This document shows, in pieces, positions 1 through 7,585 of a DNA stretch of 64,000 nt (the stretch's first letter is position 1; each line of letters begins with the position of its first letter). The notes under the pieces were generated by a model. It saw nothing but the letters and a program-made list of their open reading frames with translations, was not told where the DNA came from and did not search any database. Source of the DNA: Poseidonia sp. (GTDB lineage: Archaea > Thermoplasmatota > Poseidoniia > Poseidoniales > Poseidoniaceae); the NCBI GenBank assembly GCA_022426155.1, contig JAKMEE010000014.1, forward strand, positions 6,207-70,206. The letters are read 5' to 3'. The position numbers and the translations under genes are program-made.

Positions 1-1251
1 GGCACACCGGGAGGAATTGCACAAAACGGCATTCTTGAAACTGACGAAGTTGACTACACGACCACCTATTGTGACAAATTCGTCTTTGAACGATTAACAG
101 ACATCAACCCAAATGCAGGAAACTCCACTGATACGGTTACTCGAAAACAAGTTATCATTGGAAACACAATGTTCTTTAGGGCTGATGATGGGACACACGA
201 TTCTCAATTATGGGCTTATAATTTTCAAAATTCAACCGCTTGGATGATTTCTGGTCCTGAGTCAATTATATTCTCATCAATTAGAGAATTCTCAACAATT
301 GGAACAAAACTTTACATCGTCGCGACTACTACTGATCAAGGATTGTTTGTTTATGAAACAACAAATCAATCTCTTTGGCAAATTGGAGAGCACCTTCTTC
401 TAGAGTCATCATTTTCCTATGGAGAAGAGATTTACTTTATTGCACAAGACACCGAACCATCTATGGTATTGTATGCTTATAGTTCAACAAATGATTCCAT
501 GTGGGCTATTTCAAATGGTTCAGAAAGTTTCACTAGGACGTCATATGCTGGCGACCTCAGATATACTCACTCTCGAATTACTGAACTTAACGGCCTGATT
601 TACGTAACTGACAATGACGGAGTTTTATTCGCATATGATCCAGCAAATCAATCGCTTTGGAAAACTGGGCCCCTCGGCAACCATAATACAATGCCTGGGG
701 CGTATTCTGTTGAATCTGTAGGTGAACAATTACTCATTCGCTCCGCTTCGGGGGGCGGGTCAATGGCAGCAAATGACTTGTGGGTGTATGACTCTAGGAA
801 TGATTCCTCTTGGGAACTTCAAGTTGATGTTGCGCAGTCTACTGCTTTGATGAGAGGACATGACCCCACTTTCAAGCAGGATTCCAGAATATATTTTTGG
901 ACTTCTGTGGAAATTAATAATTATTGGATATCCCACCTTTTCGTTTACGATTCCTCAAATTCATCATATTGGACTGAACAGTTCACACACAATGGAAGCG
1001 TTCTGACACAACACCGCTCAATTATAATTATTGATGATATCATGTATTTTAACGCCTATGAGCCAGGAACACCAAGCCGTGCTATGTTTGCTTACAATAC
1101 CATTAACTCAACCACATGGAAGATATCAAACATGGGCTATGTATGGTTCGCCATTGATTACGAGTCCTCATTCATTTTTTCTGGTACTGGAGATGCCTAT
1201 GGTTACGAATTTTGGAAGGCGTCAATCGTACAGCAAGTGACACATTCTTGA
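1..1251 (+). CDS. C-terminal part of a secreted beta-propeller-like repeat protein (ELWxxDGT-like repeats); 5' end lies outside the window
   Basis: Frame 1 is open from nt 1, with no stop before the listed Met at 169. There are seven roughly 45-55 aa repeats, each with the pattern [LMV][WFY][AV]Y-x3-4-N-x-S-x-W: LWAYNFQNSTAW, LFVYETTNQSLW, LYAYSSTNDSMW, LFAYDPANQSLW, LWVYDSRNDSSW, LFVYDSSNSSYW, MFAYNTINSTTW. The segment looks AT-richer than its neighbours. Confidence 0.6.
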   Translation, partial: GTPGGIAQNGILETDEVDYTTTYCDKFVFERLTDINPNAGNSTDTVTRKQVIIGNTMFFRADDGTHDSQLWAYNFQNSTAWMISGPESIIFSSIREFSTIGTKLYIVATTTDQGLFVYETTNQSLWQIGEHLLLESSFSYGEEIYFIAQDTEPSMVLYAYSSTNDSMWAISNGSESFTRTSYAGDLRYTHSRITELNGLIYVTDNDGVLFAYDPANQSLWKTGPLGNHNTMPGAYSVESVGEQLLIRSASGGGSMAANDLWVYDSRNDSSWELQVDVAQSTALMRGHDPTFKQDSRIYFWTSVEINNYWISHLFVYDSSNSSYWTEQFTHNGSVLTQHRSIIIIDDIMYFNAYEPGTPSRAMFAYNTINSTTWKISNMGYVWFAIDYESSFIFSGTGDAYGYEFWKASIVQQVTHS

Positions 1252-1278
1252 GGAAACTGGCAAAACGGAATGAGCCGT

Positions 1279-2202
1279 TCACTCGCCAACACGCTCGATG
1301 ACACGAACGTGGTCTCCACGCATGTTAAGCGTCATTGGAATGACTTGTTCGTACAATTCCATGCTGACTTCTTCCTTGGACTCGGCAACGCTGGTAATAC
1401 GAGCTTTCTCGCCTTTGAACGCACCCATGACGATTTCGACGATGCAGCCGACTTCGATTCCAGAGGTCACAGCCTTTGGCTCAAGGTAAGGGAGGATGTC
1501 TTGCAGGGGTGCTTCACCAGGAAGGACGGTCTTGGCGTTCTTGAGTGGGCTTTGATTCAATCCACGACGAGCTGATGGGTCACGGCCTCCAGAGCGGCCG
1601 ATGAGTTTCTCAACGTGATGTTGAGCGCTCGATTCAACGAAAACATAGCCACGCATGGCAGGTGGGTGGAGAATGGACATGATCTCACTTTGAAGCGAAA
1701 CCATTGAACCACTTCCGTGAAGACGAGAGTGCATTTCATCAGCCACACGTTGTTCAGAACCAATGGCGGTTTTGACGATGTACAAGAACGCCCCGACGCT
1801 TCCATACATTTCACGGAATAAGCCATGAGCGTTTTCCATGTCGATATCGGAAAAGATGCAGTTGTATTCTTGCAGACGACCTGGGTCAATCCATTCTGAA
1901 CGAGTGTAGATTCCTGCAGGTTCCACATCTTCAGTGTCAGCGACAACAAGTACTGGAATCACATCAACTAATGAGCGACCCATGTCAATACCACGTTCAG
2001 GACCTGAGCCGTGGTAATGCAGGGATTCAATGGAGATTCCTGTGGAGGCTGAAACGCGCTCAAGAACTTCTTCTGGCGTGCTTCCAACACCCCAAACACC
2101 GTCCCATAGGCTGGGGAAGTGGTCGGTTGAATCGCTGCGCTTGAGCAACAACAATTTCTCTTCATGGCGAACAAAGGCTACAAATGCTTCAGACATCATC
2201 AT
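1279..2202 (-). CDS. spt5: Transcription elongation factor Spt5/NusG with an N-terminal Nudix-like extension
   Basis: NGN domain: FLYIVKTAIGSEQRVADE...MRGYVFVESS. KOW motif: GCIVEIVMGAFKGEKARITSV. It lies directly downstream of secE. About 135 extra in-frame N-terminal residues are present. The start is set at the MMM triplet (2202) to avoid overlapping secE; the ORF track extends to 2241. Confidence 0.8.
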   Translation of the reverse strand: MMMSEAFVAFVRHEEKLLLLKRSDSTDHFPSLWDGVWGVGSTPEEVLERVSASTGISIESLHYHGSGPERGIDMGRSLVDVIPVLVVADTEDVEPAGIYTRSEWIDPGRLQEYNCIFSDIDMENAHGLFREMYGSVGAFLYIVKTAIGSEQRVADEMHSRLHGSGSMVSLQSEIMSILHPPAMRGYVFVESSAQHHVEKLIGRSGGRDPSARRGLNQSPLKNAKTVLPGEAPLQDILPYLEPKAVTSGIEVGCIVEIVMGAFKGEKARITSVAESKEEVSMELYEQVIPMTLNMRGDHVRVIERVGE

Positions 2203-2212
2203 CACTCCAATT

Positions 2213-2488
2213 TCAGTTGCTGCCGATGCCAAAAACATCATGAATCAACCAAGGTAGAAAATTATCCATTAGCACAAGCATGGCAAAGCCGATCGCTCCC
2301 AATACAAACAATCCAATACCGCAGATAATGGAGGTTTGGCGGAATTCCTGTTTCGAGGGTTTGCGAGCCATACGGATGATACGTGCCCAAGACCCACGAG
2401 TGATCTTTCTGAATTGAGCCTCAATCCAATCTTGACGGTCCTGAACACGGGCTTCAAAAGACTTGGTTTGATTCTCTTCGCCAGACAT
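2213..2488 (-). CDS. secE: Preprotein translocase subunit SecE / Sec61-gamma
   Basis: ARKPSKQEFRQTSIICGIGLFVLGAIGF is the conserved core plus a single C-terminal TM helix. The secE-spt5 gene order is conserved. Confidence 0.8.
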   Translation of the reverse strand: MSGEENQTKSFEARVQDRQDWIEAQFRKITRGSWARIIRMARKPSKQEFRQTSIICGIGLFVLGAIGFAMLVLMDNFLPWLIHDVFGIGSN

Positions 2489-2620
2489 GGTACAACCTCA
2501 GCCCACCGAGCCACAAACCTCCTCAATATAACCACTCCGCATACAAACAACCTCAAGCGATGCTCGACAACCATCCCGAATGCGAGGGTTGATGTGGGGT
2601 ATCCGTGCGTTGGTGGCCCG

Positions 2621-3514
2621 ATGGCATCGCCCAACCCGTACAAGGTCCTCGGCGTCGGACGTAACGCAAGCGACGGAGAGATCAAACGAGCGTTTCGCCA
2701 ACTAGCTCGCAAATATCATCCTGATCGAAATCAGGGGGATGCCAATTCTGAAGCGAAGTTCAAGGAAGTTCAGGCCGCTTACGACACCATCGGAACTGCA
2801 GAATCACGACGAGAGTTCGAACAGCAAGAGCAGATGGCCAACATGTTTGGCGGTGGCCGGGGAAATCCTGGGGTGAATTTCGGAGGCGGCATGGGCGGTG
2901 GTCTTGATGACTTGCTCGGACAAATGTTTGGTGGTGGTGGCATGGGTGGCATGCCTCGAAATCAACCCCGTCGCTCACAGCAACGCCCCAAAGCAGCTCC
3001 CATCAATGTTGGATTGGATATCACTATGGAACAGGGCCAAGAAGGCGGTCAATTTGAATGCTCTTTCAAACGTTTCAAAGCACAAGGCACCAACATGGAA
3101 ACCAAACGAATAACCATCAAATTACGCCTCGATGCTGGCATCAAACACGGCACAGTCAAGACACTCAAGGGCCAGGGTCACGATCATCCAGAAGGAGAGC
3201 GGGGCGATGTGTTGGTAACCGTCCGAATCGATGCAGGAGAACATTGCCGATGGGAAGACGATGTGCTGATTCAAGACGTCCCTGTCCCATATTCGACTTT
3301 GATGCTTGGAGGGAAGGTGAAGGTACGTTTACCATCGGGCAAAGAAGGGCGGTTGAACGTTGCACCACTCTCACAAATTGGTGACCGACGGCGAATGAGC
3401 AAGGCTGGGTACGACGGTGGCGATCTCTCATTGGAATTGACTTTGGCCGAACATGATTCGTTGAACAAACAACAAGAAAAAGCCCTCAAGGCACTTCACG
3501 ACCAAGGTCTGTGA
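2621..3514 (+). CDS. Class-B (CbpA-like) J-domain co-chaperone
   Basis: ATG at 2621. J domain with HPD (NPYKVLGV...ARKYHPDRN), a G/F-rich linker (FGGGRGNPGVNFGGGMGGG) and DnaJ C-terminal beta domains. There are no CxxCxGxG zinc-finger repeats. The track start at 2336 runs antisense through secE and is unlikely. Confidence 0.8.
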   Translation: MASPNPYKVLGVGRNASDGEIKRAFRQLARKYHPDRNQGDANSEAKFKEVQAAYDTIGTAESRREFEQQEQMANMFGGGRGNPGVNFGGGMGGGLDDLLGQMFGGGGMGGMPRNQPRRSQQRPKAAPINVGLDITMEQGQEGGQFECSFKRFKAQGTNMETKRITIKLRLDAGIKHGTVKTLKGQGHDHPEGERGDVLVTVRIDAGEHCRWEDDVLIQDVPVPYSTLMLGGKVKVRLPSGKEGRLNVAPLSQIGDRRRMSKAGYDGGDLSLELTLAEHDSLNKQQEKALKALHDQGL

Positions 3515-3553
3515 AGGCGTTGAGTTCATGACGGGTAAAACAAACCGCTCTTC

Positions 3554-5914
3554 ATGGCGGGACGACGACCCAACCGACGCGGCGGCGGTGGTTCAGGCGG
3601 TTCGAAGCGTCATCAAAAGAGGAATAAAGGTCCCAAAGCCCCTGAAGATGAACGCTTATGGCGACGTATGACCCAGCACTTCACCGCGCCCGAGCAGTGG
3701 CTACGGATGTGGTCTGGGCGAGACATTGCAGAATTTCTAACCCAGCGGGAACGACTGGAATCTAAGCATGATGAAGATGAGAAAGCCGCACGTGCTTTTC
3801 AAAGCAAAATGGACGAAGCCGTAGCCTTTGGCCGCACACGTCAACAACACCTTGTTTCTCAAGGTGGACGAACCGTACGGTTTCGAACTCCGGCAGAAAT
3901 CGATGAATTACGAGCTGCTGCAAGTCGTTGGAAGGACTTTTTCAGCCGCCATTCTGGGAAGGGGAAAATTCCGCTTGGCGGACAAATCTCGTTACTCGAA
4001 AGCAAAAATGCGAGCCCCGAAGATCAAACCATGTACGCACTGCTCGAAGATGCCTGGATGGCCATGCTCATCGGCGACGATTTCCCTCCTTCATTCACTT
4101 TGAACGAAGATGGTGTGAAAGAATGGGATGGATTTGACCTCGTGAAAGAGGCGAAGCGTTGCGCTCAGCGACGATCTGGATTGCGTTTCCGAGAAGATGA
4201 ACCAAGTTTGGCTCTGTTACTGTTTCAAGCGGGTCGTTTCAATTTGCGCTCCCTGTTAGATTCACGGTTGACAAAGCGTCGTAAAGATGGATTCAACCCT
4301 TTCCCTCCAACCTATGACATCGGATTAGTCAGCCATGCTGAGAACCTTCCCGAAGTAGACGGCGATGGAGAAGTCGCTTCAGGACGAACCGATTTACGCC
4401 ATTTACCTCTTCTCACGATCGACCCTCCAGATGCTCGTGATTTTGACGACGCTGTGTGCCTCACACAGGAGAAAGGCACCCGGACTTTGTGGGTCGCCAT
4501 TGCCGATGTTGCACACTACGTTCGACCTGGTACATCCCTTGATAGAGCCGCTCGTGCACGAGCGACTTCGGTGTATCTGCCCCATACCGTACTACCCATG
4601 CTACCTCCTCGTCTTGCCGATGATCTGTGTTCACTTCGTGCAGGAGTGGACCGTTTGGCCATGGTGATTGCCATGGATCTCGACGGCGATAACAACATCA
4701 TCAACACCCATGCTTACGAAGCCGTGATTCATGTCAGCCGCAACCTTGCCTACGGTGATGTCATGACCTCGAACGAGCATGAAGAGATGCTCGCCCTCGC
4801 AGACTCTTGGCAGAAGCGTGAGATACGGATGGACCTCAATAATGCAGAATTGCGCCCTCGCCTCAGAGGCGATGATGAGATGGAAGTTGAGGTCAAATGG
4901 CCCAATAAGGCAACGAAGATGATCGAATCCTTCATGGTCGCTACCAACGCTGCCGTTGGCCACTTACTCGGTGAAGCAGAGGCCCCGTTGCCGTGGCGAT
5001 GCCATGCCCCACCCGATGGTCCAGAAGTGGAATCACTCAACGCTCGTTTGGCTGCGATGAATATCGCTATTGAACTGCCCATGCCCAGTGTTCGAAGGCA
5101 TGGAGAAACCGAGGCGGATGAATTGTCAAACCTTCTCGGTGCATGGGCGGACTCGGGCGGTGGTAACATTGACCTCGGTGGATTGTCGAACAACGAAACC
5201 GATGAAGTGCCCGATTATCTGGCCAACGTCCTGGACCCTGAGGCTCGTGAAGGCATTCTCACCTCATTGCTGGAAGCGCAACAGAGTGCAAGTCAACTTG
5301 CCGACACGACACGTCGAGTGGTTGACCAGGGCCTCTTCCAACTCATGCAGAGAGCCAATTACAGCGAAGAAAACGGGGGGCATTTCGGGCTCAATCTCGA
5401 CGCTTATGTCCATTTCACATCCCCCATACGCCGATACCCCGATTTGATGGCCCATCGGCAACTCAAAGCCTTCCTTCACGAGACCGATTGGGCTCATGAC
5501 TTCGAGGAAACTGCAGAATTAGCTGAACATTGTTCCCAACAAGGATTGATGGCGAAACGGCTCGAGTGGGAATTGGTATCCAATGCCTACCACGTGCATT
5601 TGCTGAGAGGTGGGCGTATTGGAGAGGATGGTACGGCAAATATCACTTCTTACAATTCACGAGTGGTGGGGTTACGAACGCCGTGGGTTTTCCTCGATCT
5701 CGCCGATGATGGGGCCGTTTCAGGGCGCATGCATCTCGCTCAACTCGGGGGAAAACGTCGATTGGTGATCGACGACCACGGCCTTGAAGTGACCACTGCG
5801 GAACCTGATGAAGGTGGGGATTTCCCGATATTATTACGTCTTGGTCAACGATTCGCTTGCCGACTACGAGGGCTTGATATTTGGTCCGGTTCGCTGGATT
5901 TAGCACCCGTTTAG
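3554..5914 (+). CDS. rnr: Exoribonuclease of the RNase II/R (RNB) family
   Basis: RNB motifs DPPDARDFDDAV and HFGLNLDAYVHFTSPIRRYPDLMAHRQL. It has a basic G/R/K-rich N-terminus and is 786 aa. Confidence 0.85.
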   Translation: MAGRRPNRRGGGGSGGSKRHQKRNKGPKAPEDERLWRRMTQHFTAPEQWLRMWSGRDIAEFLTQRERLESKHDEDEKAARAFQSKMDEAVAFGRTRQQHLVSQGGRTVRFRTPAEIDELRAAASRWKDFFSRHSGKGKIPLGGQISLLESKNASPEDQTMYALLEDAWMAMLIGDDFPPSFTLNEDGVKEWDGFDLVKEAKRCAQRRSGLRFREDEPSLALLLFQAGRFNLRSLLDSRLTKRRKDGFNPFPPTYDIGLVSHAENLPEVDGDGEVASGRTDLRHLPLLTIDPPDARDFDDAVCLTQEKGTRTLWVAIADVAHYVRPGTSLDRAARARATSVYLPHTVLPMLPPRLADDLCSLRAGVDRLAMVIAMDLDGDNNIINTHAYEAVIHVSRNLAYGDVMTSNEHEEMLALADSWQKREIRMDLNNAELRPRLRGDDEMEVEVKWPNKATKMIESFMVATNAAVGHLLGEAEAPLPWRCHAPPDGPEVESLNARLAAMNIAIELPMPSVRRHGETEADELSNLLGAWADSGGGNIDLGGLSNNETDEVPDYLANVLDPEAREGILTSLLEAQQSASQLADTTRRVVDQGLFQLMQRANYSEENGGHFGLNLDAYVHFTSPIRRYPDLMAHRQLKAFLHETDWAHDFEETAELAEHCSQQGLMAKRLEWELVSNAYHVHLLRGGRIGEDGTANITSYNSRVVGLRTPWVFLDLADDGAVSGRMHLAQLGGKRRLVIDDHGLEVTTAEPDEGGDFPILLRLGQRFACRLRGLDIWSGSLDLAPV

Positions 5915-7275
5915 GCTTCTTCCAACACCGCACCATCATCGTGAATTTCCAGCGTTTGGAAATCTTTTGCCCCTGAATCAACCAATTTCTTTGTACCCAT
6001 GAAAAGAACAAGAATTCCCAATGGAAGGAAGACAAATACAGCCAAATCCTCAAGCCAAATTGAAATGCCAAAGATAAACCAAACAAAGGCCATGGTAAAG
6101 AAAAGTCCTCCAGTGAAACCCGCAGGCTGTGTTAACGAAGTTTTGAACGATGAGGGGTTAAAGTTCCAACAATACATTTGCAAACCCAAGAGGATATTAA
6201 CGGCACTCGCAATAAACCAAGAGATTTCTATCGTACCAACAATTGTTTTTATGTTCTCCAAATCAAAATAATCAACCCATGAAAATGCTGCAGCGAGAGG
6301 CAACCCTGTGAAAAGTACGAACAGCGCTGGTAGGCCAAACCATGCTTTGTTCAACGATGTGCCAGGATAGTACCTTGACTCGAAATGTTTCGAATGCTGT
6401 TCCTTCAATACAACCCACACGAGTAGGAAGAATGTGAAATAATACATCCCGGCTTCGTCGTCGCCAAGGTTGGTTGCATCGACAAAGAAAAAGAAGAGAA
6501 ACCAAACAAAGATGCTGGCTGTAAAAACATGGAACATGGCCTGAACTCCCATCGAAGCTTTTCGATTCTCATCATACCATTCCATGAAGATTTCACGCAG
6601 GAGAACAAGGAAAATGAGCGAACAACAGATGAAAATTGAACCATCGTTGGGTTGATTGATCGCTTGAGCAAACGGGAAAAACCACATGATCCAACTCGCC
6701 ACATAGGTCAAGCGTGCTTCCACTCGCCGAGCAAGATGGGTCGTAAACACCACAATCACAAGCAGTGGAAGCCAAAACCCAACATTGTGTGGGCCAAATG
6801 TTTCAAGGTGCGAAATGTCCATCCACCACATAACGGACATCCAAGAGATCAGTCCACCTACTCCAACGAGAATGACGCGGGCTTCGTTGATGAAAATCTC
6901 AGCTTTACCCTCAAATTGGAATTTAAACGAATACATGGCTGCGACAGCGGTCATCCCAAAACCGATTACCAACAAGATCTCTTCCGACACCACCTCTCCA
7001 CTGAGCAACATGCAGAGAAAGCCAACACCAAACAGCACCATTGTTGCCCCCGTAGCGGCGGCACTTCCTAGAGCAAAACGCATCGCATGGTCTTTGATTC
7101 CGGGGTGGTTCATCTCAACCTCGGGTTCTTTCGTTCCGGGGGGCATCACCGAACCAATCACGAGACTGGTGGGCTCGGGTTGTTCAAAGGATTTGATGGC
7201 CTCAAAGGACTCTGAATCAAGGCGCCCTGCCTCAAAATGGGACGCGAGCCTTTGCATAAAATCAGATGATGCCAT
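5911..7275 (-). CDS. Polytopic membrane protein, function unknown
   Basis: At least 10 hydrophobic helices follow a soluble N-terminal segment (MASSDFMQRLASHFEAG...). The start is chosen at Met38 of the track ORF (cat at 7273-7275). No family was recognised. Confidence 0.55.
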   Translation of the reverse strand: MASSDFMQRLASHFEAGRLDSESFEAIKSFEQPEPTSLVIGSVMPPGTKEPEVEMNHPGIKDHAMRFALGSAAATGATMVLFGVGFLCMLLSGEVVSEEILLVIGFGMTAVAAMYSFKFQFEGKAEIFINEARVILVGVGGLISWMSVMWWMDISHLETFGPHNVGFWLPLLVIVVFTTHLARRVEARLTYVASWIMWFFPFAQAINQPNDGSIFICCSLIFLVLLREIFMEWYDENRKASMGVQAMFHVFTASIFVWFLFFFFVDATNLGDDEAGMYYFTFFLLVWVVLKEQHSKHFESRYYPGTSLNKAWFGLPALFVLFTGLPLAAAFSWVDYFDLENIKTIVGTIEISWFIASAVNILLGLQMYCWNFNPSSFKTSLTQPAGFTGGLFFTMAFVWFIFGISIWLEDLAVFVFLPLGILVLFMGTKKLVDSGAKDFQTLEIHDDGAVLEEA

Positions 7276-7355
7276 GCAAGAATGTTGGCAACGTAACACA
7301 TAATGATTTTCCCTTTGATTTGGTGAATTATGGTTTAATGTAGTCAATAATAAGG

Positions 7356-7364
7356 TTTTATAAT
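7356..7364 (+). promoter_or_regulatory. TATA-box-like element (TTTTATAAT) about 25 nt upstream of the ATG at 7385
   Basis: An AT-rich box at archaeal TATA-to-start spacing would give a leaderless or very short-leader mRNA for the Cys-rich ORF and copA. It lies in a divergent intergenic region, so the direction is ambiguous. Confidence 0.3.
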
Positions 7365-7384
7365 GACTACAAAAACGGCACAAC

Positions 7385-7585
7385 ATGGCCCGTGTAGTTG
7401 CTGAGCGCTGTGAGTGCGGCTGTAAGATGAAACGAATTTACACGCGTGCAGAAGGCGGCAAAGGATGGGACGGCATCGGTTGGATGTGCAATTGTGGATG
7501 CGGTTGTGTCACGCTTGATGAAGGAAATTGGCAACTCATGGCATGTTGTGCGAAGAGTGAGGATGAGACGGATGGCTGTTGCTGA
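7385..7585 (+). CDS. Small cysteine-rich protein (12 Cys in 66 aa), a candidate metal-binding protein upstream of copA
   Basis: MARVVAERCECGCKMKRIY...WMCNCGCGCVTLDE...MACCAKSEDETDGCC. Its end overlaps the likely copA start (7572) by 14 nt. No homolog is known to me. Confidence 0.4.
   Translation: MARVVAERCECGCKMKRIYTRAEGGKGWDGIGWMCNCGCGCVTLDEGNWQLMACCAKSEDETDGCC

Noticed and set aside
2336-2620. An upstream extension of the DnaJ ORF, plus the 2269-2712 minus-strand ORF.
   Set aside because: Both run through or antisense to secE and the intergenic region. The J domain begins right after the Met at 2621.
7446-7571. An N-terminal extension of the copA ORF (MQKAAKDGTASVGCAIVD...).
   Set aside because: It precedes the HMA domain with non-conserved-looking sequence and overlaps the Cys-rich ORF in another frame. 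MAVAEV at 7572 gives a canonical CopA N-terminus. This is not excluded, only less likely.
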